A stretch of DNA of 64,000 nucleotides from Pocillopora damicornis (Eukaryota), in the NCBI RefSeq assembly GCF_003704095.1, contig NW_020843402.1, positions 1,116,001-1,180,000 of the forward strand, read 5' to 3'. Position numbers and translations under genes: made by a program. Shown one piece after another: positions 28,101-40,000 of the stretch; the first letter of the stretch is position 1; the number at the start of each line of letters is the position of its first letter. The notes under the pieces are model-generated. The model did not search any database. It saw only the letters and a program-made list of their open reading frames with translations, and had not been told where the DNA came from.

Positions 28101-29513
28101 GGTGATGACAAGTCGCTAAGCACTGGAGTTATCGCAGCTATAGCTTTTTTTGTAGTGTTGGTAATACTTATCATTGTAGCAGTGATTTTCGCTCGTCGGT
28201 ATCGACGGCGACAAAAGGCTAACGACAAGACGGTAGCAGAGGGTTTTGACGCGGCTGTCACCGGGGCTGAAGTGGCTGCAGATGTGCAGGATGCTTCCCA
28301 GAGAACATCTCCCTCGCACAGCAGCGATGACAGCGGTGTAGTCATTCGTAATCCGAGTCAGAAGTCGTTGACCGATTTGCGACCGGCTACCCTTCAGAAT
28401 GGCAAGGACATTGTGATACACAACGTCGGAGCCCCTGAGGATTATCAGATCAAACTTACGAGATCCCAGGAGAAAATCGACCCAGGATTTTCTGAATCCG
28501 ACGGGGAATTTATCATGCGCAATGACGTGGCCTTGAAGGAGGTGCCTGCTGATCTAGGAGATATCTCAAGGCTGTCACGAACCCCTAATCATCGAAGTAC
28601 GCCATTGGAAAAGGAGCACTTACGGTCGGCACCGACAAATATTCGATCAAGGAATCGCGAGCGGAAAATTCCGAACCCTCACTTTAGGCATGGCACGGAC
28701 AAGCGGCAACAGCTATCCAGAAGTATCCTGGATCCAAGATTGCGCGTGCCAACCACACAGCCAACGAAATCTTCGAGACGCTTTCGGAAAGGTTCGCTGG
28801 GTTCTTCGAGCAGCGACGAACCTGCGGACCTCTCCGATGCCGGTCACAGGTCGGACGATAACAACTCTGAAAGACTTGAACACTACGATATTGAAGTAGC
28901 GAGCCTCGGCTATAGTGAAGTGTCTTACCAATATGATCCTAGTACTTTCAAAGACCATTCGTTGAACCGCCAAGAGCCACGGGGATTATCAGCAGTAGAG
29001 ATCGAGAGACTTCGAAAGCAAGCACCATCGGGAAGCTTACTTGATGCAGTGTCCTCAGTTAGTGACGAAGACGCCCCGACAATCGATAAGTTGTCGAGCG
29101 TTCTCGAAGTTCCCGACACTTCAAGTGAGAGTTCCGATGATACTTTTACGTGTAGCGAGTTTGAATACGACAACGATGAACCTAGCCGAGATGAGAATGA
29201 ACGAGGTAGTATGATATTCTCTAAGCTGGTCAATGGAGATGCGAAGGAGAACGAGAGTACTCCAAGGAGAAAGCCGAACGAGGGACGAGCGTCAAACCGA
29301 GGATCGTTAAGTACTTTAAATCTGAGTGATGATGAAATTTTACCAAACGCTTTAAATAATAAACCAACGAATGGCAAGAAAGACTTATTCAACTGGGACG
29401 ATGTGTTGAACTGGGGATTGAGGTATCACAATCTTCGAGGAGTGTATAAAGACATTGCACAACTGAAAGATTCTACGAATGTTGCAAAGAACAAGGACGA
29501 AGAGTACGTTTGA
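12982..29513 (+). CDS. FAT4: Protocadherin Fat4-like (Drosophila Fat orthologue group), about 4,900 aa. Exons: 12982-25128, 25584-25645, 26113-26417, 26741-26976, 27507-29513
   Basis: Signal peptide ([17 protein letters not shown]), then roughly 34 cadherin repeats (estimated from length; LDRE, DxNDNxPxF, AxDxD motifs), EGF repeats, LamG, EGF, LamG, EGF and a TM helix ([22 protein letters not shown]). The cytoplasmic tail has Fat/Fat4 motifs [25 protein letters not shown] and terminal EEYV. GT-AG junctions join in frame (phases 0,2,1,0). Confidence 0.93.
25770..26045 (+). mobile_element. tRNA-derived SINE in Fat4 intron 2
   Basis: A-box-like TGGCCTGTCGG and B-box GGTTCGAGATC. Body ACAGTGCCTCCCTCC...GGGTACC...GGTAACCTGCG...GTTACAGAAACC is shared with 44080-44330 and 55230-55355. 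Confidence 0.65.
27507..29513 (+). CDS. FAT4: Fat4-like last coding exon (LamG2 C-half, EGF, TM, intracellular domain)
   Basis: Acceptor ttactttcttgaag|ATT at 27506/27507 inside the 760-aa ORF. Ends KDEEYV*. Confidence 0.9.
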   Translation: MKSGNLKYSFGNGGNIASFEVKSSTVSDGEWHNLTVLHVDKSVTVTLDGNIHPKSFESSAHDFLGKNIRIWFLGGYDSSMSGLNLANFSGCMEDLNIDGLHVSFSGPNKFAAISSQGGSVGEGCDGGGFCSSVICTDSSKPYCFEEWELATCISDEQCKPNPCGGNGTCQPQKDGNYTCMCNGEIGACTATPGERGRDGDDKSLSTGVIAAIAFFVVLVILIIVAVIFARRYRRRQKANDKTVAEGFDAAVTGAEVAADVQDASQRTSPSHSSDDSGVVIRNPSQKSLTDLRPATLQNGKDIVIHNVGAPEDYQIKLTRSQEKIDPGFSESDGEFIMRNDVALKEVPADLGDISRLSRTPNHRSTPLEKEHLRSAPTNIRSRNRERKIPNPHFRHGTDKRQQLSRSILDPRLRVPTTQPTKSSRRFRKGSLGSSSSDEPADLSDAGHRSDDNNSERLEHYDIEVASLGYSEVSYQYDPSTFKDHSLNRQEPRGLSAVEIERLRKQAPSGSLLDAVSSVSDEDAPTIDKLSSVLEVPDTSSESSDDTFTCSEFEYDNDEPSRDENERGSMIFSKLVNGDAKENESTPRRKPNEGRASNRGSLSTLNLSDDEILPNALNNKPTNGKKDLFNWDDVLNWGLRYHNLRGVYKDIAQLKDSTNVAKNKDEEYV

Positions 29514-30248
29514 TAGAGAGAGAGAGAAGACGTTATTTTTTAGGGAACATTTTATTTATTTATTGAAATAAGGCTTGAAATTATCAAGCCAAGTGTGAGT
29601 GGAAGGTGTATATAGCAGTAGCGTGTTTTTAGTTGATTGTTTGAGAGAAAGAGGTTTGACTCAGAAAGACATGTTACATGCAGAAGATGCTTTTAGACGA
29701 GTTTAGAGTTTTTTTTAATAACTTTATTGAGTTTTCTGTGAAGACGAAATAAGGACAGTATTTATCTATTGAAAACTTCAATAACGATTTTCAAGGGTTT
29801 TAAAGCTCTTTTCCCATACGTTTTCATTATTACGTTATATCTCTCTCGTGTTACTAATTCTCAACGTTTTCATTGGTAATAGTCCTTTAGTATCTGTAAT
29901 TGTTCTTTATTTTTGTTTTTTTTAATCGACGGAGGACATTAACCTGGGGACCAACCTGGGTTCGTTTTTATACGATCTTAATCTGGTATTATTAAAACGA
30001 CTTCCACTCGCAAAATACAACAACAAAGTTATATTAGTAGAAAATGAGCGCCATCGTTAACGAATGCTGATTAAAGTATGTTTTGTATGGAATGTGTTTA
30101 ACGAGCCTTGATTATTCTCATTGATATTATTTTCGAGGCTTTGACGAGAACTAGTCGCGTAGTGCTTTTCTTGTTTTTTTTTTATGATGAAATTATGAAC
30201 AAATTTTTGGTGCACAAAACCTTTGTCTTTTTGTAAACCCATTTCGGT

Positions 30249-30411
30249 TACCCTCCTGGACAGGGGCCGTGTTTTTGCGTTTTTCAGACGAGACAGGGCC
30301 AGTGAGAGGTGTGTGCGGGAAGCGAGACACCCGGCTCGCACTCGCTTCCACTTGCCTGGGAAAAAAAGAAAAAAAAAAAAACGCAAAAAAATGGCACATG
30401 TTCTGCAAGCT
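30249..30411. mobile_element. Short TIR element (degenerate MITE) between Fat4 and GTPBP8
   Basis: Left GGACAGG..GTGTTTTTGCGTTTT and right AAAACGCAAAAAAATGGCACATGTTCTG are imperfect inverted repeats. Confidence 0.45.
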
Positions 30412-30707
30412 ACACTCAACGGGATACCCCTTTTAAGATTATTACCCCTTTTAAGATTATTCCTTTTGTTCATCCCTAAATTATTCATCCACTGGCGTAC
30501 AAATATTTCAATGCGCTGCTTCCTTTTACTTTTCCTCATTGTAACCCAAGAGCATGTGGTGGCTCTGCTTTAATCCTCATTAATTTTTATCTATTTTATT
30601 ATGTCTTTATGGATGACGCATTTTTTCGATACAACAACTTCATGAATAGAAGATTGCTCCTCTGACAGGTACATCTGATAGTCCTCCATTCATTGGCTTG
30701 GTTTTGT

Positions 30708-33700
30708 TCACCAATTTTCGCTATTTTTTAAGCCCACATTTAGACTGATGAAATATCTCAATTCTGATAATCCTGTCTTTTCTGTAGAACTGAAAAATAA
30801 ATTGGAAGTTGTTAACCTTCTACACCTTAACTTCAGTATCTAAATTCCCCATACTCCTCTCTTAAATTTCCTTTAATTGCAAAGGATAATTCATGTCGCA
30901 ATCCAAGCTTCTTAGGTTGCAGATCATTTCCTTTATTCTCATGATCAAAATTAACATTTCAGCAGTGTCACTGTAAGGAGAAAGTAGATGCTGGTTATTC
31001 TTAGGATTTGAAGGGTTAATTCACTCCCCCGATCCATGGAGTTGTGTCTGCAAATGACTGGTTGCCTACTTGTAAAAATGAGCTCTCAAAAGAGGTGGTG
31101 GATGCTCGATGGCTCTGGTCTCAGAAATCTAGATTGTCTGCAAAAAGATTTCCATTCTATTAAAAAAAAAACTTTTATTCTGCAAAAATACTTTAATCCC
31201 ACAAACAGACTTTCATAAGAGAGTGGTAAACCAAGTCAACCTACTTGCCTATGAAATAATCATTTGTTTTCATTACTGTTCTGTTGCATGAGTTTCATGA
31301 AAATGAAGACAGCAGAACCAAAAAAATAAAAAGCAGATTTGCCTCTTGTAGCTCATCTACTGATGACTCCTACTTAAACTCTAAAGGCAACAGCACAACC
31401 TTCCAACATCTTACCACTGCAGTAATTGTATTTTTTCATATGTCATCTCACCTTACAGCAAATACATGGGGAAAGCAATTGTCTAGTGAAAACTTTTCTT
31501 TGATTTTGTAGATTTCTTCAATCACTGCCTGGTGTCTTGGCTTGGGAAGCTTGTCCATTTTTGTCAAAATCACCTAAACAACAATGTTACAAGAGCTATG
31601 AAAATTTAAAAATTAAAAATATGACACACTATATAAAACAAACTACCATTTCCCACAACTGTAAATATCATTGGCCATGCCCTTATTCTTTAAATGTTTG
31701 GCTGTCAATCAAAATAATCTTTGGTCCATTGTTGAATCTATTACATAAACAGCAGTGAGCTAACTTACTTGAAAAGGACCACCAAACTCTCCCATCATTT
31801 CAAATGCTATGAGATCACTTTTTTTCACCCCAACTTTCCCATCAATCAGAAGACAAACACTTCTTAACCTGAAAATAAAATTGCAAGTTACCAGAGGGCT
31901 GGATTTATTTCACCTATATCTTAAAGTTTAACCCTTTAACTCCCAAGATCTGATTGTTAATTCTCCCCTGTAGCTGCTACACATTTCCCAATAAATTAGT
32001 TTTTACAATATGGTGTTGGATCAACATAACTTTCATCTGATAAGTTTGAGTATTCTTATTACCTGTTTGCTTGATAATCTATGGATATTATAGGGAGAAG
32101 TAAAATGTCAATCACTTATGGGACTTGAAGGGGTAAGTTGTTCTGTGTATCTATGCATTGACTGCAAAATCATTCAGGAAGCCAGAAGATCAAATCCCTA
32201 CAAGAAAACCTGTTTTTCTTGTCAGTAACAGATGTTTAAAATCATTTGCTTTACTCAAAATTAAACTTTTCTCCTGTTCTATCTCTGCACAGGACAATTT
32301 TAACCTGGACATTTATACAATTAGAAAGCAATGACCAAGCCTAACAGAGATTCCCCCTTAGAAGATAGACTAATGTCTAGCTGTGCAGATAGACTAATAT
32401 CTATCTGCACAGGACAATTTTAACCTGGACATTTATACAATTAGAAAGCAATGACCAAGCTCAACAGAGAGTCCACCTTAGAAGATAGACTAATATCAAG
32501 CTTTGAAATTGGAAACAAATCATTGTTTGAATTATCTCAACCCTTTACACCCTAACATCAGTATGCATATTCTCCATACTGTTCTCTATACATTTCTTAA
32601 GGTGCTGACAAGGAGAATTTGTTTAACAATCAAGAGCTCCTATAGTTGGTGATCATTTTCTTTATTCTCATGATCTTAAATGAATGATTCAGTAGTATTA
32701 TTGTAGGGAGAAACTAGATGCTGGTCACTCTAAGGGTTTAAATGGTTAATAAAATCTGAATGTTCCTTTTTTCACCCGCTTGTGATGAGTTGTTAAGCAC
32801 ACATTGCTCTTACAAAGTTTACACAGGTCAAGAGAAGTAAACCCCAAGAACCATTGATTCCCAACAGTTGATATTACATGCCAATTATCTCATTTAACTT
32901 ACTCTTTTCCAGCTCGTTCTCTCAGGTAAGTCTCTGCAACTTTGACAAAGTGTTCAGTTCCTCGCTTGCTTCCAAGACCCTCCACATATCCATAGCCAGG
33001 AAGATCCACTAGGTACATTTTTGAATTGATGTTGAAAAAGTTAACAAGTCTTGTGTGTCCCTAGAGGGATTAGAGGGATTTAATGTTTAAAACAGAAGTA
33101 ATAGCACAAGAAGCCACCAAGGCCTACAGTATTTAGACCTCTTTAATTAGCAGCTAGCAATACCTACTAAAGGTAGGGTGTGGAATTGTTCCCTTACTTT
33201 TGTAGATGCTGAATCAATACTCATGCTAACACCCTCAGAAAACAGACAGTGAATATATAAGTAGGTTTAAAAAGACATACTGGCTTCTTTGATGTCTTCA
33301 CAAACTTTTTCCTGTTCAAGATTGCATTTATGAGAGATGATTTACCAACACTTGTTCTTCCAATAAAAGCAACCTGTTGGCACATGAAATAAAACAAGAG
33401 TTATTTATATACTAGTTGTAAAATAAGTTAGATTATTTAAATAAAATGGTTCAACTATTTCCTGCTAAGATTTGGAATGGACTGGCAATCATCAATTTCA
33501 TCTTCTTCCCCTGCCCCCCCCCCCCCCCCCCCCCCACCCTTCCAACCCTAGCCACAAAGAAAAGACTCAATTCCCCGCTTTCCAAGATTACAGACCAAGA
33601 TATTTACTTATAATTTGTTATTTAATGAACAGCTGTTGCAAGACGTTAGTTGCAATATGATTGATTTGTGGCCTAAATAAATAAGAAGATCTGATCGAGT

Positions 33701-33971
33701 GTACATGGAACGTTACGCGGGACATCACCTCAGGTAATTTAAGTTTTGGAGCATCTTCCAATTTGAGGGCCGACCCATGGAAAGAGGCTTTGGGTCCGAT
33801 CAGTTCAAATTCATTGTCTGCTCTATCTAAAGCTCTTCTGGTTGGATTAAAGCTCGTGTTGTATCCTTGAATACCAGATGCGACATGCTGGCAGTAAGAT
33901 CTCCATATTAAAAAACTAAAGAATTTCTTATGGCAAGTCGAGGACTGCATCAACTCTCTTGCTCCAGGCAT
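30708..33971 (-). CDS. GTPBP8: GTP-binding protein 8 (EngB/YihA-type GTPase, probably mitochondrial). Exons: 33971-33729, 33373-33281, 33060-32903, 31868-31769, 31573-31452, 30789-30708
   Basis: Spliced translation gives LPE|[19 protein letters not shown] (G1), KTSKKP|GHT (G2), [10 protein letters not shown] (G3), VILTKMDK (G4), FAVS|[11 protein letters not shown]. All introns are GT-AG and in frame. The start could be ATG 33971 or 33950. Confidence 0.88.
30812..31019. mobile_element. TTAA-flanked piggyBac-like MITE (about 210 bp), subfamily A
   Basis: TTAACCTTC...GAAGGGTTAA ends. Internal GATCATTTCCTTTATTCTCATGA and TAGATGCTGGT shared with 32537, 34761, 40568 (reverse) and 44337. Confidence 0.7.
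31928..32136. mobile_element. TTAA-flanked piggyBac-like MITE, subfamily B
   Basis: TTAACCCTTTAACTCCCAAG...TATGGGACTTGAAGGGGTAA inverted termini. Related copy at 35051-35252. Confidence 0.7.
32284..32500. repeat. 120-bp-period tandem duplication in GTPBP8 intron 3
   Basis: TCTGCACAGGACAATTTTAACCTGGACATTTATACAATTAGAAAGCAATGACCAAGC occurs at 32284 and 32404. Confidence 0.85.
32537..32749. mobile_element. TTAA-flanked piggyBac-like MITE, subfamily A
   Basis: AACCCTTTACACCCTAACATCAGTATGCATATTCTCCATAC...TAAGGGTTTAAATGGTTAA; closely similar to the 44337 copy. Confidence 0.75.
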
Positions 33972-34072
33972 ACATGTAGGAAGCAAGTAGTTGAAGTGTG
34001 CTGATTCATACTGAGCCGGCAATCATACTGCGGTTGTAAGCATCCGGGATACTTGCGCCATGTGGAGGAAAA
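33972..34072. promoter_or_regulatory. Compact bidirectional promoter between GTPBP8 and THOC2
   Basis: Divergent ATGs only about 100 bp apart. CpG-retaining island within CpG-poor gene bodies. YY1-type AAAATGGCGGC overlaps the THOC2 ATG. Confidence 0.7.
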
Positions 34073-37000
34073 ATGGCGGCTATCGTTGTCCCATCCAATT
34101 TAGTAAAGAATTGGGAAAAATCGGGGAAAGATGAAGTGTAAGTCTGTTCATTTCCTTTGAAATGCCATTTTATATTCAGTCTGTTTGAATCGTTAATATT
34201 TTTTTGCAGGTTTCGTTTGTGCAAGAACTGCGTGCGAGGCAAAGATGGAGAGCTTCTGGAACTAAACTTTCAATGCGGAGAGAATGGTACGTAGGTGAAC
34301 TTGTCAATTATATTTAAATTCTTGTGATGATTTCTAAATTGATTGTCATTTTTACTTTAGATCTTAAACGCGTGATCTATGAAGTATTTAACCATGTTAT
34401 TCAAGGGGATCTAAGACAGGAAGATGCTATACCGCTCCTGTCAGATGTCACGGTGAGGATCACATTTATTCTTTGATTATTCGTTCGATTTGTTACTTCC
34501 AATTCTGAGTTGAATTTATGCTCAAACGTATTTCGATTAAATGTCCAGCTTTGGTTCAGAAGACTTTTGGAGGTCCACAACTTGTGTTTTCATAATTTTC
34601 CGATCGCGCTTTTCTAATTAAATTCTGATTATGTTAGTTGCGTTCAAAACAAAATATCAGCGCATCTTTGTATCTCCTTAGATTGACTAGTTTCCCAGGA
34701 AACTATACTTTTTGGTTTTGTGTCAGGGGCAAGTGAAACGCTTTGTTTATGACAGATATATTTACCCTTTTCGCCTCAACTTCAGAGTGAATATTCTCCG
34801 TAAATTTCCTATGGCATCGACAGGGAGAATTTAGTTAAAAGCCAAGAGTTCCTTCAGTTGGCAATTGTTTCTTTCATTCTTGCGACCTTAATGTTTGATT
34901 AAGCAGTTAGTCCATTTGGACAGATTAGATGCTAGTCGCTCACAGGGGTTGATGGATTAAGTGGTGTCTGAGAATTTTGAAAGCAGACATTGTTCATGCA
35001 TTAGCCCTTCACCAGAGCACAAAGGAACCTGGTAATACTTTGATTTACGTTTAACTCTCTAACTCCAAGAACTGATTAACATGTAATTTCTCCCTATACT
35101 ATCAATACTTTATCCAGCAAACAGTTATTAAGAATACCCAACCTTATTAAATAGAAGTTGTTACTTGATCAAACATCAAATTCTCTGAACTAATCTACAA
35201 GGACATGCACAGCAGCAATAGGGGAGAATTAATGATCAGATCATGAGGTTAATGCTTTACATAACAGCTCTGGCATAATCAAGGTTTTGCCTTGGCTATT
35301 GTTTTTATTTATATTTTGTTTTTATTTTTCAGGAAGTCCATTCAGGATGTTCATCACTGCTAGCTGACCTGATATGTATCTTGGGTACTCAAGCTCTATC
35401 CAATTAATTGCTGTTGCTTTACGTTAAAATTTGTTTAATTATTCTGTCCAATGTCATGTGCTGACTGCAGTGTTGTCAGGAGCACAGGTTTTCATGATTG
35501 TATGTATCCTATGGTTCCTGGTGTATTCACAATCCTATAGATGTGGAGAGTCAGTGCACAGAGGACAAGCCCAGCAGGGAGAGGTTCTTGTCTCTGGTCG
35601 GAGCTTGCGTGGTATGTTAAGAAGCCAAAAGGCAGTGATGTTGCTCAAAGAAATTATTTTCGTTTTTCAAGAAATTCTTTGCTCTAGTAACAGGAGTGTC
35701 AGTTAGAGCCAGCAAGTAGAGAAATTCTTGGTCTATGTCCAGCAAAATTGCTGCTTATATATAAGGCCATCCAAGGGGAAAAATTTGGGGGCTTCCCTCA
35801 GTACATCAAGAAATTGAGATTGCTCTAGCACAGTGATTTCAAGTAAAGACTTAAATACAATTTAATTTTTTAAATAAAGGGGGTAAGGTTCTAAAGGAAC
35901 TGACAGTGGTGCATCATTGGTGGGGTAGTAGAACACAATTATTGATAATCATTATTGATAATGTAAATTAGCTATTTTAAAGAGTTTCAAAGCTGAAGCC
36001 TCGAGCATTAGCCTTTAGTCAGCTCTGATGAGGGCTAACACTTGAAACATAGGCTTTAGAAACTCTTTATGGTGGCTAATCTATATTGTCAACTCAGTTG
36101 ATAAAACCAAATCATCTGATTTTTTTGTTGTGATAAATTACTACATTGTACATTGTTACAAAGAAACCAAAAAAAACTCTGAAATAGTGGAAGACCTCTT
36201 TTTCCTTGGGAGAAATTCAAAATATTATTGATCATTCCAATGATACTGAAGAATTAAAAAATATATAGATACAGTAAATGTTATTTGAACACATCTAGAT
36301 GTTTTCTTTTTTTTATCTACATCACTGTCTGTAGGGATTGGTTCCAGAAGTTCTGCTCAAGGAGAGGCTTGAAGTGGAGACATTGGACTCACTAGGAATC
36401 ATACAGTCAACAAAGGCTTTTAATCAGAAATATGTCAGGACCAAGACTAAACTATTGTAAGTATATGCTGAAGGTCAACTTTTCAGTCTTATAAAATATT
36501 TGATTTTCATGGTTAAGCAGTTAAGATAACATACCAGTGGTTTTCAATTGAAAAGCATATTCCAATAAGCTTAAGTATCCATAAGCTTTACTTTTTATTT
36601 GTCTTAATGAATGGTATTTGAAACATGGCTGTGCTCTCCCTTTACTTGATTTATGTCTCAGCAATCACTCACTGTTTAGCAGCTTTCTAAACTTGCATCT
36701 GTCAGACAGGCTGATAAAAGCTGACACAGTAGTGTGAGTCATGTGGTGTGTGTGCATTACAGGTTTCACTGAGTAGCAAAATGTTATGTTTACTTTGTAA
36801 ATTGCCAATTGTTAGAGAACAACCCTGCTGAGTGTTTTCTAGTTGACCATTATTGGTTCTTTTTAAGTATATGTTGTATCTGAACTGAGGCTGGCAATTA
36901 AGTGGATATCTGGTAGAGGACCACTGATTCTTTTTAGGCCTCAAAGGTGTCAGTGTACTCTAGTGATTTGGTATTTTTCATGCAGATTTCTTTACTTCTG

Positions 37001-40000
37001 TTGTTGTTATTTTCGTTTCCTTAGCTATAAGCAGCAGAAATTTAATCTTGTGAGAGAGGAGAGTGAGGGCTATGCCAAACTGGTGACAGAACTGGGACAA
37101 GAAATCAGTGGACATGTCACCAGTGAGAGAGTTCTGGAGAACATCAAGTCTCTAATAGGTCAGGATAGCTGTTAGATATCAAACAAGTGCAGAACTGTCA
37201 TTGAGAGCTGGAAGATGTCTGAAATGGATGGCTAGTCTGCCATCTTTTGCTAGATACTCTCACCTAACTTTATCTTAATTGCTAATGAAAACTTGTGTAT
37301 TTCATGACGATGTTCATCATTGTTAACATATATTGTAGTCTTGTTTGTAAAATTTGAATTGAAACCATGACATCAATTAATATTATGATTTTTTTTTTTC
37401 AGGGCGGTTCAATCTTGATCCAAACAAAACTCTTGATGTGTTACTGGACTCGTTTGAATGCCGCATTGATGTAGAGGACTTCTTTCTTCCTCTTTTGAAA
37501 TCATACATGGAGAAATGTGAATTCACTGCCCTCTGTCACATCATAGGCTTTAAATTCCAGTTTTATAAGGTATGGATTTTTGAGAGAAAAGGAGTTTTAA
37601 GATTGACTCTTAGGATGAAATGGGAATTTTTCTCTAATATTGTTTTTGTGACTTTCTTTTGTTTTAGGAGCAGCCTGACTTGCCCACCCCTCCATCACTT
37701 TTCCATTTGACAGCTCTGCTTATAAAGCATGGTCTACTCAACTTGGATGACCTTTATCTTTATGTAAGTAAAAAAAAAACCCAACAGCATACAACAGAAA
37801 AGTATGACATAATTTAAAGTGTCTTTTTATGTTATTTTTTAAACACTTTTTCATTCATAAAAGGGAGAGTGAGGTGTGCTCACTTTTCCCAAATTGTGGC
37901 CAAATTTGACTGGCCTGTTAAATAGCTGCAAAGATGGTACTCATGTTAGTGTTTGCAAACTTAATGTGGTCAATCACTGAACCACGTATGGCACATGACT
38001 ACAGGTGCAAAGTTGGACAAAATAGATTAGACATGACCAATGCAATAATACTCTGGGAAGGAGGGAGGTGCCGGTTTAAGGAGGGGTGGGGGGAGCTCTT
38101 GTTTTAAAGTTTTGGCAGATATAAGATCTGCTTATTCAGTTAAAGTATTGAATGGGTGCTCATTGAAGGGTGTTGCTTATGGAAGTCAAGGGGCTAGCTC
38201 AAGGATGTCCCATGCTTTTTTTAATTTGACAGCTACCAGACATGGTTCATAGGGGATCACTTTAGCTTTACTTCACATTTCCAGGGAGTAGTTATGTAGA
38301 GCTCTTGCAAGTAAATAGATGTTAGAAGTTCATTTTTCTTTTTTCAGCTCAGTCCCTCAGATGCAGACATTGTCACCAGCAACACAACAAGAATGGATGA
38401 AGCCAAACAGGAAGCAAGGAAGATGAACATGGCTGTCTTAGCAGTAAGTCTTTCTCAATTTTGAATTTCCAGTGTGCCTGTGTATGGAATGCTGTACTAG
38501 ATGATAGATGGAGTACAATGGGTTGTTTGCATACAGGGGACCTGTTCTTATGTTGTACACTTAGAGCCTATATCCTTACATGTAAACTTCGAGAAGCTAT
38601 TGATATGTATTTTCTCCCCACAATTTCATAATAATATCCAGGAAGAAGGTAAAGAGAGAACAGAGATGTATCATGTGAATGATTTTGTCTGGTCAAAACA
38701 CCAAACTCTCATAACTACAGCTTTAGTTATGAAGGGAATTTATTGAAGCTTTATGGGAGAATTTATCTTTCATAGATGTGTCTTTCCAAATATGTTAATT
38801 AGGTTTTCTATCTGCAATACTCACATGTACATTTGATGCTATGTATTTTTTATTGCAGGAAATTGCTGCAGCAAATAATGAAGAAGGCAACAAGGAAAAT
38901 AAAGAAAATGATAAACCTACAATTGTATGTTTTTTTACTCTTGTTAAGGAAGATAAAATAATAATATTTTATATTGTATTGGGTTATTGTCATTTATCCA
39001 GATCTTTAAATTCACCAGGTTCCAGATAATCAGAAGTTTGGTTTGTGTGAAGCACTGTTGATGGTAGGTGCGTGGAATAATGCTTGTTCAATTCTGGACA
39101 GATTACCTCAGTTTGCTGCTGTGTCCCATCCCCCCATAGCCAAGGGATTATGCAAGCTTATTCATACAACCATTGAACCTCTGTATCGAAGGTGAGTTCA
39201 AAACTATTTAGGGTATGGTTCTTCTCTTGTGTGTTTGATTGTTTATCACATACAGGGTGAAGTTACTGAATGCCTATTAGCTGAGACAGAGGGCATTTTT
39301 TTCTTAATCATGAGAGCACTTTGTCTTCATCCCTTTGTGACTTAGGCATGTTTGGGAAAACTTTGAAAATATGCATGAAATTAATCCTTAATTGCCTGAG
39401 GGCCCATGTGATTATATATAAAAATCAAACAATCAAGTTTCCTTGCAACTTTTCTTAAGGATTTGAATCTTAAAATGCTTCTTAAGTTTGCTGGTTTTAA
39501 AGAGTTGTTGACAGAGACTTGATCTTTCTTCAGACATGCTTCCAAGGCAGCTAGAGGACGACCTTATGCGCCTGTTCCAGGGGGGCCTCCACAATGCAAA
39601 GTGTTCACTGATCTTCCAGACTATGTGTTTTCCATGTTGCTTCATCTGGGCCCTCATTTGTCCACTGATCCAATCCTAATGGCAAAAATCCTGAGGATCA
39701 GTAAAGGGTTCATGAAAGATGTAAGTAAAGGATTTTTAAATGTATTGACACTCAAGATCTTGAGTGATTCTTTTAGCTTCTATTCATTTCTTTTAAGTAA
39801 GTTGAAGCAGTATCTCAGATTGCAAGTTTGGGGTATCCAGGAAAAGTTAGTGCTACATGTATTAGGACACAGAGAACAGACACAGGTCTTCTATTAGAAA
39901 TTCTACCTTAAATTTGAGATAATGGAAAGGTTGAGGTACACACCAAATCTGATTTTCATTTCTACTATCTAGTCTCTATGAAATTTTTGCAGATCAATTT

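Noticed and set aside
30057-30573. Overlapping 160-aa and 116-aa ORFs
   Set aside because: They run across a MITE, a poly-A tract and a short duplication; no protein-like features.
33514-33535. Poly-C tract encoding poly-Pro (ORF 33472-33660)
   Set aside because: Simple homopolymer in GTPBP8 intron 1.
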